From the NCBI GenBank assembly GCA_902526045.1, contig CABZJI010000002.1:78503-142502 (forward strand): a stretch of 64,000 nt of DNA, in the 5' to 3' direction. The DNA is from an uncultured SAR86 cluster bacterium (lineage in GTDB: Bacteria > Pseudomonadota > Gammaproteobacteria > Magnimaribacterales > AG-339-G14). Shown one piece after another: positions 1-10,801 of the stretch (within the stretch, counting starts at the first letter, position 1; every line of letters begins with the position of its first letter). The position numbers were made by a program, and so were the translations under genes. The notes under the pieces are model-generated. The model did not search any database, was not told where the DNA came from, and worked only from the letters and a program-made list of their open reading frames with translations.

Positions 1-2888
1 CAAGGATATCTAGGCCAGAAATATCGTCAAATGTTCCTGTAACAGTTTTGGATAGAGCAGATATTGAAAGAACAGGTTTATCAAACCTAGGAGACATATT
101 ACGTTCTACTCCTTTAGTTCAAGGATCAGTTTCTAACAGTAATGTTAGCAACGGAGGAGATGGAACAGTAAAATTTTCCTTAAGAGGTATTGGTCCTGCA
201 AGAACTTTAATACTTTTAAATGGAAGAAGAATTCAACCCATGGGAATTGGTGCCGCATCCTCTCCTGATCTATCTGCCATACCTTCTGCCATGGTTGAGA
301 GAGTTGAAGTTTTGAAAGATGGAGCATCAGCCATTTATGGTTCTGATGCTATAGCGGGAGTTGTAAACATTATCACTCGAGATGATTTTGATGGAGCAGA
401 GTTTTCCATCCAAGGTGGTGCATCCGCAAAAGGAGATGGAAGGCAAGATCAAGCTTCTTTTGTTGGAGGTATTCAGGGTGAAAAAGGAAGTGTTGTGCTT
501 TCACTATCAATGGCTAATCAACATGCTCTAATGATGGGTGCAAGAGGGTTCTCTTTTTTTGAAATTTATGCAAATTCACCATATGTAGATCCTTCAGCAA
601 GAATTGAAGGTTCTTCATGTCCTCTGGGTTGTGAAGAAGGAGGAAGTTCAGCACCGCCATGGACAAGATTCAATGTCCCAGGTTTTGGAAATACAACTTT
701 AGGTCCAGAATTTTGGTTGAATCACATTGATGGGAATTCAGTCGGTCCTGCTGCAGGATTTGTTGATGGATCAGTTGATCCAGTTTATCCAACTCAATCC
801 GATTGGAGAGCCTTTGATAATGACTGGTATAACTATAATCCATTAAATTATCTTGTTTCTCCCCAAAAGAGATGGAATGCGACCATCCATGGAAAATATG
901 ATCTAGGCGGAAATGATTTCTTTAAAAATACTACTTTTTTTACTGAAATTATGTACTCAAATATTAAGAGTGAAATGCGAATAGCGCCACAACCTCTTGC
1001 TCCATTAGCTTTTTATGGAAAAGATGCGCCTTACTCTAAAGATAATTATTACAACCAAACATACGGTCCAAAATTTTCTACATCTTATGTATCAAATACA
1101 GATGGAGATGGTGGGTATGACCTTGTAAATGGTGCCTATGTTGAAAATGCTGACGGCACCGGTGCATACGATATCTCAAGAGCTCTTGATCCAAATGGAG
1201 AGACGGTTACTCTGACAGACTGGAGAAGAAGAGTGGTTGAAGCCTTAGGCCGTTTTGAAGATCGTGATGTTCATAACTACAGAGTACTGCTGGGCCTACA
1301 AGGAGATTTAGGAGATTCAGGTTGGTCTTGGGATATGACATATTCATTTGGTAAAAACGATTCTGCACAACTTTTGAAAGGATATTTCAACTTAGCGAAA
1401 GTTGCCGAACAAGTCGGTCCAACTTACACGGATGATACGGGAGTTTTAAAATGTGGGGCTGATTCAAGCACGACTATAGATTCATCTTGTGTGCCTCTAA
1501 ATATTTTTGGTGTAAATTCAATAACTCCTGAGATGCTTCAGTATAGTTCTGGTAATTACAATGCATTTGTTAACGGTCTGAACGAACAAGAAGTTTTTTC
1601 ATTGAACTTCAATGGTCCTATAGCAGAATATGCAGGGGGGACTGTTTATATGGCTGTGGGTGCAGAAGCCAGAACAGAATATGGAGAAACAATTAATGAT
1701 TCTTTAATTCTTCAAAGCCTTCTAACTGACCCGAGCGGTTTAAATACTTCTGGCTCATATTCTCTTGAAGAATATTACGCTGAGATTATTTTGCCAATTT
1801 ATAGCACAGCTGAATTGCAATTTGCTACTCGAACTTCTGAATATTCTACTTTTGGATCCAATACAACTTCTGAGTTTGGTTTTGAGATTTTTGCCACAGA
1901 TACTTTTACTTTGAGAGGTTCTTATTCTGAAGCATTCCGTGCGCCAACAACTCCTGGGCTTTATGGCGGCCAGTCAACTACCTTCCCTGAAGTTACCGAT
2001 CCTTGTGCTCAACTCGGAAAGGGAGACGGTGAAACAAAAGCCGAATATGCCACAAGATTGGCTACTCTTCCAGGGTGTTCAACTGTTGGTAATGGCTATG
2101 TTACCGACCAAGATCAGCTAAATGCTTTGATTGGAGGTAATCCAAACCTTCAACCTGAGAAAGCAGAATCTTCTACTTTAGGGTTTGTTTTTACCCCTGT
2201 TGACGGTCTAGATATTACTCTTGATTTTTATCAAGTTGAAATAAAAGAGACCATTGGAACTTATGGCTCCCAAGTGATTTTAGATCAATGTGCTACTACA
2301 GGCTCTGCAACTTTCTGTGATCTTATAACTAGATATGAAGCCCCTCCATCATTGAAATATCATGTCCTTGAGATAAAGAACTTGCTTACCAATGTAGGAG
2401 AAGAATCATACAATGGAGTAGATTTTTACATGAATTATGACAGCCCAGATTTAGTTAATGGTTGGAATTATTCACTAGGTTATCTAATTGCTTATACCAA
2501 TAAATTTGAAGAAACAATTCTAGGAACAGCAACGGAATACGCTGGAACTCAAGTTGAAGATAAGTTTGGATTAATTCCTGAAATTAGAGCTAGCGGCTAT
2601 ATGACTTGGAGTAAAGATTTCTTATCAATCGAGTATAACTTGAGATATATCGGTGAAGCTGAAGAAGAAAATTATGGCGGCACTCTTTGGGATGTAGATA
2701 GCATTACCTACCATGACATAAAATTTAACTTCTCCATTGGCAACAATTTTCTCGTAACGCTTGGAATAAATAATATTTTAGGCACAGAACCACCGTTTGT
2801 TGATTCAGCCTTTAATGGAAATACATCGCTTGAAAATTATGATATGTCAGGTCAATTTAAGTATTTACGATTATCAATGAGTTTTTAA
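1..2888 (+). CDS. TonB-dependent receptor (5' truncated by window edge)
   Basis: The frame is open from position 3 (RISRPEISSNVPVTVLD...). Plug motifs LRGIGPARTLILLNGRR and ERVEVLKDGASAIYGSDAIAGVVNIIT, the NPNLQPEKA barrel motif and a C-terminal Phe are present. Confidence 0.95.
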   Translation, partial: RISRPEISSNVPVTVLDRADIERTGLSNLGDILRSTPLVQGSVSNSNVSNGGDGTVKFSLRGIGPARTLILLNGRRIQPMGIGAASSPDLSAIPSAMVERVEVLKDGASAIYGSDAIAGVVNIITRDDFDGAEFSIQGGASAKGDGRQDQASFVGGIQGEKGSVVLSLSMANQHALMMGARGFSFFEIYANSPYVDPSARIEGSSCPLGCEEGGSSAPPWTRFNVPGFGNTTLGPEFWLNHIDGNSVGPAAGFVDGSVDPVYPTQSDWRAFDNDWYNYNPLNYLVSPQKRWNATIHGKYDLGGNDFFKNTTFFTEIMYSNIKSEMRIAPQPLAPLAFYGKDAPYSKDNYYNQTYGPKFSTSYVSNTDGDGGYDLVNGAYVENADGTGAYDISRALDPNGETVTLTDWRRRVVEALGRFEDRDVHNYRVLLGLQGDLGDSGWSWDMTYSFGKNDSAQLLKGYFNLAKVAEQVGPTYTDDTGVLKCGADSSTTIDSSCVPLNIFGVNSITPEMLQYSSGNYNAFVNGLNEQEVFSLNFNGPIAEYAGGTVYMAVGAEARTEYGETINDSLILQSLLTDPSGLNTSGSYSLEEYYAEIILPIYSTAELQFATRTSEYSTFGSNTTSEFGFEIFATDTFTLRGSYSEAFRAPTTPGLYGGQSTTFPEVTDPCAQLGKGDGETKAEYATRLATLPGCSTVGNGYVTDQDQLNALIGGNPNLQPEKAESSTLGFVFTPVDGLDITLDFYQVEIKETIGTYGSQVILDQCATTGSATFCDLITRYEAPPSLKYHVLEIKNLLTNVGEESYNGVDFYMNYDSPDLVNGWNYSLGYLIAYTNKFEETILGTATEYAGTQVEDKFGLIPEIRASGYMTWSKDFLSIEYNLRYIGEAEEENYGGTLWDVDSITYHDIKFNFSIGNNFLVTLGINNILGTEPPFVDSAFNGNTSLENYDMSGQFKYLRLSMSF

Positions 2889-2901
2889 AAGGATACTAGA
2901 G

Positions 2902-2932
2902 AAAAAAAGGCGATTAACATCGCCTTTTTTTT
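2902..2932. terminator. Rho-independent terminator (bidirectional shape)
   Basis: aaaaaaaggcgat-taac-atcgcctttttttt hairpin just after the first TBDR stop. Confidence 0.9.
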
Positions 2933-3013
2933 GTTTTTGGTCTTAAAAAGTTCACAATAATCCAACAATTAAGTGTAGAATTTCCCTCTTTATATATATT
3001 TGGGGTATCAATA

Positions 3014-5971
3014 GTGAAATATTTGAAATTTCTTTTTATCGCATTGGCCATAAGTTTTGCGTCAATTGCGTTTACACAAGACACCACTGCTGATTTGACG
3101 GCTTCCGTGCAAACGGCTTCTGGTGCAGACATTAACAATGCCACCGTATCTGTCACAAACGTAGGTACTGGTTTATCTAGATCAGCAGTTTCAACTGGCG
3201 GATCTGTAAGATTTGCAGCCCTTCCTCCTGGGGAATACTCTGTCTCATCTTCAGCACCCGCTCTCGATCCCGTTTCTTCAACAGTTACACTGCTTGCTGG
3301 AGCAAATGCTATTTCCATTACCATGACATCAGTTAGTGCTGAGGATTTAACTGTAAGGGGTCAAATTGTTAAGTCTTATGCATTTGAAGTAACTGAAACT
3401 GGAATTAATGTTGATGTTGAAGACCTATATTCAAAAACACCCCAATTTAATAGCTTAAACAGTATCGTTCTTCTTGCCCCAGGTACTACTGAAGGTGATT
3501 CTGCTTTCGGTGGTTTAGCCTCGATAAATGGATCATCCTCCGCTGAAAATCAGTACTATGTTAATGGATTAAACATAACTAATTTCAGAAACTTTCTAGG
3601 ATATTCAACTGTTCCGTTTGAATTCTATGATTCTGTTGATGTAAAAACCGGTGGTTATCAAGCTGAGTTTGGTAAAGCTACTGGTGGTGTAATTTATGCA
3701 ACTACTAAATCGGGTTCTAATGATTTCGAGTTTAAAGTAAAAGCTTTTTATTCTCCTGATGCCTTAAGATGGAATAGCCCAGATACCTTTTCTGCAATTA
3801 ACAAAGAAGATCAATATGATGACTTCACATACAACGTTTCTTTCAGCGGTGCAATTGTTCCTGATAGATTGTTTTATTATGTTTTAGCACAACCTAGACA
3901 AGCAACAAATATATATGCTGGTTACTTAGCAGATCAACAGTATGTTGATTCTTATGATGATACTTTCTACGGAACAAAAATTGATGCTTATTTTGACGAT
4001 AATAATATTTTAGAAATTACTTATTTCTCAGATGCATCAAGAATTGAAACAGATACTTACAATTATGATGACACTACTTTTACTCGGGGAACCTACATAG
4101 GTACTGGGTACAATTATACTGGTGGTGAAAATACAATTGTTAATTACACTTCAAATATAGATGATAACTGGACTGTTTCCGTTCTTTATGGAAAAAACAT
4201 AGCTAATAGAACTGCGCAAAGTTCTGCTGACACATGTCCTACAGTTTACGAAAGAAGAACTTCAATTACTGGTGGTTCATTTCAACCCAAAGGTTGCTGG
4301 GTAAACTGGAACATTGGATCAGGTTCTGATGAAAGGGAAATTGGAAAAGTAACGGCTGAGGTTAGTTTCGATGAGCATGTCATCAAATTTGGATACGAAC
4401 AAGAAGCTCTTGTTGCAGTGGATGAAACTACAAACTCAGGTGGGGTTTATTTCCTGCTTATTGAAAATGATTATATCGCGGCTCATCCCAGAACTACTGG
4501 TGGTACCGGTGGTATAGGTTATACAGCAGCCGGATACACTGATGAAGAGATTGTTAGAAAGAGAACATACATTTCCGGTGGAACATACAAAATCGATAAC
4601 AGTGCTCTTTTTGCACAAGGAAGCTTTAAACTGAGCGATAAATGGTTACTCAACGCAGGTCTCAGATCAGATAGTTTTGACAACGGTGATGCAGGTGGTT
4701 CTTCTTTCATTTCGCTTGACAACCAAATAGCTTACAGAATTGGAGCTACTTTTGACGTTAATGGCGATGGTTCTGAAAAACTAGGTTTATTCCTTGGAAC
4801 TTATTACCTACCGTTTGCTGCTAATACAAACATTAGAATGGCAGGAGCGGAAACATACATTCAAGAATATTACATTCTCACTGGGATAGACGATTCTAAA
4901 GGTGAGTTTAGACCAATATATGATGAGTCTACTAAGTTCTATCAAGATACCTATTCAACAGGTGCAGTCCCTGATAGTGAGGAATTAGTGGATCAAACCA
5001 TTGAACCTATGTACGCAACAGAATTCATTGCAACATATGATTGGATTCAAGACGATTGGAACCTGGGTGTAGCTTTAACTTATAGAGAACTTTCTTCAAC
5101 AATTGAGGATGTTGCTATCGATGCAGCCATTCTTAAATATTGTGAAGCAAACGGATATGCTGCTACAAATGACAGTGGAACTGGTTGTGCTCAAAATTGG
5201 TCAGGATTCCATCACTATGTTCTTACAAACCCTGGCACAGACTTAGTTTATGAAACAAATGAGTTACCTGGCGAAACTGGGTACAAAAAGGTTATGCTGA
5301 CAGCTGAACAATTGAACTATCCTGAAGTAGAAAGAGTTTATCAAGCACTTGATTTTACTTTTTCAAAAGAATGGGATGACATGTACTTTATAGATGGTGT
5401 TGTTACTGTTAGTTCTACTAAAGGTAACTACGAAGGTTCAGTTAAGTCTGATAATGGACAAGACGATGCCGGTATTACACAGGATTTTGACCAACCTGGA
5501 TTAACTGATGGTTCATACGGTTTATTGCCTAACCACAGAGATTATAGAATCAGCGTCTTTGGAGGATACCAAGCTACTGATAATCTAGTACTAGGTTTTA
5601 ATACTTCTTTAACAGCTCCAAGAAAATTTGGTTGTCAAGGAACTCACCCAACGGATGTATTTGCACAAGCTTATGGTGATGCTTCATGGTTCTGTGGAGG
5701 AGTGATGACTCCTAGAGGATCTATTTATGAAAGTGATACTATTTTCCAATTAGACTTTTCATTAGCATTTGATTTAGGAAGCACTGGAATTATTAAGGAA
5801 TCGAGCTTCAAAGTAGATATCTTCAATATACTTGGACAAGATGGAGTTGATGATACTTATGAATTTGGTGAAAGTGGTGGACCAACCTCTTACCCTTATC
5901 AATATTACCAATTGCCTACTTCTTATCAGTATCCAAGATCTATTAGATTAGGAATTGAAGCTAAATTTTAA
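3014..5971 (+). CDS. TonB-dependent receptor, Oar-like, with N-terminal carboxypeptidase-regulatory-like domain
   Basis: Signal peptide; ATVSVTNVGTG...RFAALPPGEYSVS Ig-like domain; ENQYYVNGLNIT and VKTGGYQAEFGKATGGVI plug motifs; C-terminal PRSIRLGIEAKF. GTG start. Confidence 0.93.
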   Translation: MKYLKFLFIALAISFASIAFTQDTTADLTASVQTASGADINNATVSVTNVGTGLSRSAVSTGGSVRFAALPPGEYSVSSSAPALDPVSSTVTLLAGANAISITMTSVSAEDLTVRGQIVKSYAFEVTETGINVDVEDLYSKTPQFNSLNSIVLLAPGTTEGDSAFGGLASINGSSSAENQYYVNGLNITNFRNFLGYSTVPFEFYDSVDVKTGGYQAEFGKATGGVIYATTKSGSNDFEFKVKAFYSPDALRWNSPDTFSAINKEDQYDDFTYNVSFSGAIVPDRLFYYVLAQPRQATNIYAGYLADQQYVDSYDDTFYGTKIDAYFDDNNILEITYFSDASRIETDTYNYDDTTFTRGTYIGTGYNYTGGENTIVNYTSNIDDNWTVSVLYGKNIANRTAQSSADTCPTVYERRTSITGGSFQPKGCWVNWNIGSGSDEREIGKVTAEVSFDEHVIKFGYEQEALVAVDETTNSGGVYFLLIENDYIAAHPRTTGGTGGIGYTAAGYTDEEIVRKRTYISGGTYKIDNSALFAQGSFKLSDKWLLNAGLRSDSFDNGDAGGSSFISLDNQIAYRIGATFDVNGDGSEKLGLFLGTYYLPFAANTNIRMAGAETYIQEYYILTGIDDSKGEFRPIYDESTKFYQDTYSTGAVPDSEELVDQTIEPMYATEFIATYDWIQDDWNLGVALTYRELSSTIEDVAIDAAILKYCEANGYAATNDSGTGCAQNWSGFHHYVLTNPGTDLVYETNELPGETGYKKVMLTAEQLNYPEVERVYQALDFTFSKEWDDMYFIDGVVTVSSTKGNYEGSVKSDNGQDDAGITQDFDQPGLTDGSYGLLPNHRDYRISVFGGYQATDNLVLGFNTSLTAPRKFGCQGTHPTDVFAQAYGDASWFCGGVMTPRGSIYESDTIFQLDFSLAFDLGSTGIIKESSFKVDIFNILGQDGVDDTYEFGESGGPTSYPYQYYQLPTSYQYPRSIRLGIEAKF

Positions 5972-5981
5972 TAGCTTATAC

Positions 5982-6015
5982 AAAAAAAAAGGAACCTTTT
6001 AGGTTCCTTTTTTTT
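5982..6015. terminator. Rho-independent terminator
   Basis: A9-ggaacct-ttt-aggttcc-T8 hairpin after the second TBDR. Confidence 0.9.
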
Positions 6016-6020
6016 ATAAT
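6015..6020 (+). promoter_or_regulatory. -10 box (TATAAT) 6 nt upstream of the oppA ATG; putative leaderless promoter
   Basis: TATAAT-aaatat-ATG with no Shine-Dalgarno; it overlaps the terminator T-tract. Confidence 0.6.
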
Positions 6021-6026
6021 AAATAT

Positions 6027-7631
6027 ATGAAAAAAATAAGTCTCATATTGTTAGTTCTTCTCATCTTAGGTTGCTCAAGTCAAGAATCTTTAGACGTTGA
6101 ATCTGCAAACAAACAAGGAATACTTCTTCTTGATAACGGTACTGAACCTCAAGGCTTAGATCCCCATATCGTAACCGGGGTCACAGAGCACAAGATTATA
6201 ATCGCTCTTTTTGAAGGATTAACTATGCAGAATCCCAAAGGAGAAGGGATTATCCCGGGTGCAGCTGAATCCTGGACAATATCAAGTAATGGCAAAGAAT
6301 TATTATTTAAAATAAGAGATGACGCTGTTTGGTCAAATGGCGATCCATTAACTGCAGATGATTTTGTTTATTCATGGAAAAGAATCCTTACACCAGCTCT
6401 TGGTTCAAAATATCCAGATATGCTTTATGCTGTAAAGAATGCGGAGGATTATAATAAAGGTCTTTTAAATAACTTTGATCAAGTAGGCGTTGAGGCCCTT
6501 GATGAAAAAATTTTAAAAGTTACTCTCAGGACAAAAACTCCATTTTTTTTAAAGCAACTCGCGCACTATGCCACTTATCCAGTTCATCCAAATACCATAG
6601 AGAAATTTGGAGGAATCTCAAATAGAGACAGTCAATGGACTAGACCTGACAATATGATTTCAAACGGACCATTTATTTTATCTGAGTGGTCAATTAACAA
6701 GGTAATCAAAGTAAATAAAAATGATAAATATTGGGACAGTGATAATTTAAAACTCAATGGAATACATTTTTTTCCGATTGATAATGAATCAACAGCAGAT
6801 AGATATTATAGATCTGGCAAAACGCACAATTTAAACATAATACAAACGGAAAAAATTTCAAAATATAAAAATGAATATCCTGAAGAATTCAAGCTTGAGA
6901 AATATTTTGGTACTTATTACTACAGATTAAATACAGATATTGAACCATTGAATGATGTAAAAGTGAGAAAGGCATTATCACTTGCCATTGATAGACAAAT
7001 TATTGTTGATCGTGTTACTAAAGGCGGCCAAAAACCTGCTTATTCTTTTACCCCACCTAGCGAAAATTATTATGATCCACCTACTTATCTGCCTTATGAC
7101 CCTTCGTTGGCAAGAACATTATTAGCTGAAGCGGGTTTTCCAGACGGAAATGGATTTCCAGAGTTTGAGCTCTTATACAATACCAATGAAGGGCATCAGA
7201 AAATCGCTCAGGCCATCCAACAATTTTGGTTAAAGGAGTTGGGGATTAAAGTAACTTTGACTAATGTTGACTGGAAAGTTTATCTAGATAGACAAAGTCA
7301 GGGTGAATTCGAAATTACTAGAGCAGGTTGGATCGGTGATTATGTGGATCCTAATTCATTTCTGGATATGATGGTAACAGATAGAGGAAACAACATGACT
7401 GGTTGGTCAAACAGTCAATACGATGATTATTTAACGAAGGCAGCCTTTTCTGAATCTGAGAAAGATAGAATTACCTATTTTACAGAAGCTGAGAAGATAT
7501 TAATGGATGAATTACCAATTATTCCAATTTATACGTACACAAGAGTTTATATGTTAAAAGAAGAAGTAAAAGGTTGGTTTCCAAACATGCTAGACACTCA
7601 TCCTTACCAGTTTATTTCTCTAGAAGATTGA
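6027..7631 (+). CDS. oppA: Oligopeptide ABC transporter substrate-binding lipoprotein
   Basis: Lipobox ILGC; EPQGLDPH, LFEGL, WSNGDPLTADDFVYSWKR and RAGWIGDYVDPNSFL motifs of family-5 binding proteins. Confidence 0.92.
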   Translation: MKKISLILLVLLILGCSSQESLDVESANKQGILLLDNGTEPQGLDPHIVTGVTEHKIIIALFEGLTMQNPKGEGIIPGAAESWTISSNGKELLFKIRDDAVWSNGDPLTADDFVYSWKRILTPALGSKYPDMLYAVKNAEDYNKGLLNNFDQVGVEALDEKILKVTLRTKTPFFLKQLAHYATYPVHPNTIEKFGGISNRDSQWTRPDNMISNGPFILSEWSINKVIKVNKNDKYWDSDNLKLNGIHFFPIDNESTADRYYRSGKTHNLNIIQTEKISKYKNEYPEEFKLEKYFGTYYYRLNTDIEPLNDVKVRKALSLAIDRQIIVDRVTKGGQKPAYSFTPPSENYYDPPTYLPYDPSLARTLLAEAGFPDGNGFPEFELLYNTNEGHQKIAQAIQQFWLKELGIKVTLTNVDWKVYLDRQSQGEFEITRAGWIGDYVDPNSFLDMMVTDRGNNMTGWSNSQYDDYLTKAAFSESEKDRITYFTEAEKILMDELPIIPIYTYTRVYMLKEEVKGWFPNMLDTHPYQFISLED

Positions 7632-8560
7632 CTTATTTTATTTTAAAAAGAATTTTTACTTATATTCCAGTAATGTTAGTTGTCATCTCGGCAACTTTCT
7701 TTATGGTTCATGCTGCTCCTGGAGGTCCATTTGATGATGATAGAGTTGCATCTCCAGAGATTCTTAAACAATTAAACGAAACCTATAACCTCAACGATCC
7801 ACTAGTAACTCAACTTGGAAATTATCTAGTTAATGCTGTACGGGGTGATTTTGGTCCTTCCTATAAGTATCCCGGAAGAACTGTTTCGGAGTTAATTGCA
7901 TCTGGATTACCTGTAACCGTAGAACTTGCCTTTTATGCAGTTCTTTTTGCTTTGTTACTGGGAGTACTTTCTGGAATTATTGCGTCTCTTAATCCAGGAA
8001 AATTTCTTGATTACTTTCCTATGAGTATTTCCATGATCGGTATTTGTGTTCCATCAATTATCTTGGGCCCAATTTTGATTTTAATTTTTGGGATTTGGAT
8101 TGATTTTCTCCCAGTAAGTGGATGGGGTGAATTCTCTGGCGATAAAATTCTACCTACTATTACTTTAGGGTCAGCGTATGCCGCAATCTTTGCCAGACTT
8201 ACAAGAGGTGGAATGCTGGAAATTCTTGCTCAGGATTTTATTAGAACCGCGCGAGCAAAAGGACTAAACGAAACAAGAGTTGTTTTTTTTCATGCCTTAA
8301 GAGGAGGGATAATGCCGACAATTGGTTTTCTTGGACCAGCGATCGCAGGACTTTTCGCAGGATCATTTGTTGTTGAAACTATCTTTCAAATAAATGGTAT
8401 TGGCAGGTATTACGTTCAGGCTGCTTTTAATAGAGATTATACTTTAATTTTAGGCATCTCAATTTTGATAACCTTTTTTACTCTAACATTTGTATTGGTT
8501 TCAGATATATTAGCTACTTATCTTAATCCAAGGCTAAGAGAAAAAGGATCGATGAACTGA
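7628..8560 (+). CDS. oppB: Oligopeptide ABC transporter permease
   Basis: APGGPF, GDFGPSYKY and the EAA loop DFIRTARAKGL. Likely TTG start overlapping the oppA stop (TTGA). Confidence 0.92.
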   Translation: MTYFILKRIFTYIPVMLVVISATFFMVHAAPGGPFDDDRVASPEILKQLNETYNLNDPLVTQLGNYLVNAVRGDFGPSYKYPGRTVSELIASGLPVTVELAFYAVLFALLLGVLSGIIASLNPGKFLDYFPMSISMIGICVPSIILGPILILIFGIWIDFLPVSGWGEFSGDKILPTITLGSAYAAIFARLTRGGMLEILAQDFIRTARAKGLNETRVVFFHALRGGIMPTIGFLGPAIAGLFAGSFVVETIFQINGIGRYYVQAAFNRDYTLILGISILITFFTLTFVLVSDILATYLNPRLREKGSMN

Positions 8561-8562
8561 TC

Positions 8563-9402
8563 ATGATTTTCTTGGCCAATTTTTATAAAAACCACAAGTT
8601 AGCATTCTTTAGTTCTGTTTTTATTTTTGGATTAGTTTTTCTTGCAATTTTTACCCCTTTTATTACTCCCTACAGTTATGCTGAACAAAATCTCTTTTTA
8701 GGTGCAGCACCACCTTCGTCAGAATATATGTTGGGCACTGATGTATTAGGAAGAGATCTTTTTACAAGAATGTTGTACGGAAGTCGAGTTTCACTATTAG
8801 TAGGTTTTCTTGCAACACTAGTTGCTCTTACTATAGGAGTCTTGTGGGGATCGATAGCAGGATATTTGGGGGGGAAAGTTGATTCTATTATGATGAGAAT
8901 AGTAGATATTCTTGATGGCTTACCGTTTGTTATTTTTCTAATATTAATATTAGTGATCATTGGTAGAAGTATGACCTTATTATTTTTAGCAATTGGAGCA
9001 TTTGGGTGGTTATCTATGGCTAGGATTGTAAGAGTACAAGTTCTAGGACTTAGACGTCAGGATTATGTATTAGCTGCGCAAAGTATGGGGGCGAGCAATC
9101 TAAGGATTTTATTAAAACATATCATTCCAAACGTCTTAAGTTCAGTCATTGTATATTCAACTCTCTTAATACCTCAATTCATGTTGTTAGAGGCTTTTTT
9201 AAGTTTTTTAGGCCTTGGGGTTCAACCTCCAGAAAGCTCTTGGGGAATATTGATCAGGGAAGGTGCCATTACTATGGAAGAATATTGGTGGCTTTTAATA
9301 TTCCCATCCATAGTATTTTCTTTAACTTTATTTGCGCTTAATTTTTTAGGAGACGGCCTTCGAGATTATTTAGATCCTAGAAAAACACAACAACTTAGTT
9401 AG
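8563..9402 (+). CDS. oppC: Oligopeptide ABC transporter permease
   Basis: LGTDVLGRDLFTRMLYGSRVSL, YVLAAQSMGAS and LNFLGDGLRDYLDP motifs. Confidence 0.92.
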   Translation: MIFLANFYKNHKLAFFSSVFIFGLVFLAIFTPFITPYSYAEQNLFLGAAPPSSEYMLGTDVLGRDLFTRMLYGSRVSLLVGFLATLVALTIGVLWGSIAGYLGGKVDSIMMRIVDILDGLPFVIFLILILVIIGRSMTLLFLAIGAFGWLSMARIVRVQVLGLRRQDYVLAAQSMGASNLRILLKHIIPNVLSSVIVYSTLLIPQFMLLEAFLSFLGLGVQPPESSWGILIREGAITMEEYWWLLIFPSIVFSLTLFALNFLGDGLRDYLDPRKTQQLS

Positions 9403-10798
9403 CTTTTAAATCAGAGAATTTGATATCCAAAACTTGTCCTGGATAGATAACCTCAGGATTTTTTAATTCATTCCATTGGACTATCAAGTCGCCTGTAACT
9501 CCAAATTTTTTTGCTATTTTAGAAATAGTATCGCCTCTTTTAACAGGATAAGTAAGATCATTTAAATTAACTTTTTTCATCTTTTTGGGAACAAAATACT
9601 TAGGATAAATATTTATTTGTTGATTAATTTGAAGGTATCTTTCCGTAGATAAATCATTCCAAACAATTAAATCAGAAACTTGAACGCCATATTTTTTTGC
9701 TATTGACCAGAGTGTATCGCCTTTAGAAACGAAATAGATATCTGGTTTGTTGAGATAATCTTTCAACCACTCAGGTCCTCTCGGTACGGTTAATTCCTCA
9801 TTCTCAAAAATTAGGTCATCATCTAGGTTATTAATTTCCTTGAGGAGGGCTTGAGAAATCATATATTTTTTTGAAATTGAAATTAATGTATCTCCCTTTC
9901 TTACAACATATTTATCCCACTTTACAAGTTCTTCTTCACTCATCGAATTCAGTCTAATTTCAAAACGATCTGCAATTCCGATAGGTAACAATAAATAGAA
10001 AGGTCCATTAGGATCAGTTGCCCATTGATTGAATCCAGGATTCAACTCATATACAGCCTCAATACTGAGACCTGAAATATTTGCTACTTGCATCAAGTCA
10101 ACCTGTGAAGGAATATCTATTACTCTAAAATAGGGCCTATTAGGCAGAAAAGGGAAACTAACATTATAGTTTTCAGGATTTTTAATTACTTCTAACAAAG
10201 CAAGTAATCTAGGAAGATATTTACTAGTTTCTTTAGGAAGTTTTAATGACCAAAAATCTGTTTGTTTTCCTTGATTTTTATTCTTTCTGACTTCTCTTTG
10301 GATTCTTGCTGGGCCAACATTAAAGGATGCGATGGCGAGCGACCAATCGTTGGTTTTTTGATACATCGAATCTAGATAATTAAGAGCTGAATTTGTTGAA
10401 GCGATAATGTCTCGTCTGCCATCGTACCACCAATTTCTTTTTAATCCTTGCTCTTTAGCTGTACTAAGAATAAATTGCCAAATTCCTGAAGCTCCCGCAG
10501 GGGATTGAGCATAGGGATCGAATTGACTTTCCACAAATGGTAGTAATGCAAGCTCAACCGGCATATCTCTTTTCAAGGTTTCATCAACCATATGATAAAG
10601 ATACCTTTGACCATTTTTTGATAACCTATCAACGAGATATTGATTATTTTGATAAATTTTTAGAGCTCTTTGGATTTCCAATCTCTCTGCAGAATATTGA
10701 AAATTTGAATTTTCCCTTATGACATCCCATAAGTCCTCTTGACTCGAGATGGGAATAATAAAAAAGGATAAAAATATATAGGTTATATATTTCTTCAT
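9395..10798 (-). CDS. mltD: Membrane-bound lytic murein transglycosylase D (SLT plus LysM domains)
   Basis: LALLPFVESQF catalytic motif, GIWQFI, DGRRDIIAST and three LysM repeats (xxGDTL/I); adjacent to gloB as in other gammaproteobacteria. Confidence 0.92.
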   Translation of the reverse strand: MKKYITYIFLSFFIIPISSQEDLWDVIRENSNFQYSAERLEIQRALKIYQNNQYLVDRLSKNGQRYLYHMVDETLKRDMPVELALLPFVESQFDPYAQSPAGASGIWQFILSTAKEQGLKRNWWYDGRRDIIASTNSALNYLDSMYQKTNDWSLAIASFNVGPARIQREVRKNKNQGKQTDFWSLKLPKETSKYLPRLLALLEVIKNPENYNVSFPFLPNRPYFRVIDIPSQVDLMQVANISGLSIEAVYELNPGFNQWATDPNGPFYLLLPIGIADRFEIRLNSMSEEELVKWDKYVVRKGDTLISISKKYMISQALLKEINNLDDDLIFENEELTVPRGPEWLKDYLNKPDIYFVSKGDTLWSIAKKYGVQVSDLIVWNDLSTERYLQINQQINIYPKYFVPKKMKKVNLNDLTYPVKRGDTISKIAKKFGVTGDLIVQWNELKNPEVIYPGQVLDIKFSDLKAN

Positions 10799-10801
10799 GT
10801 A

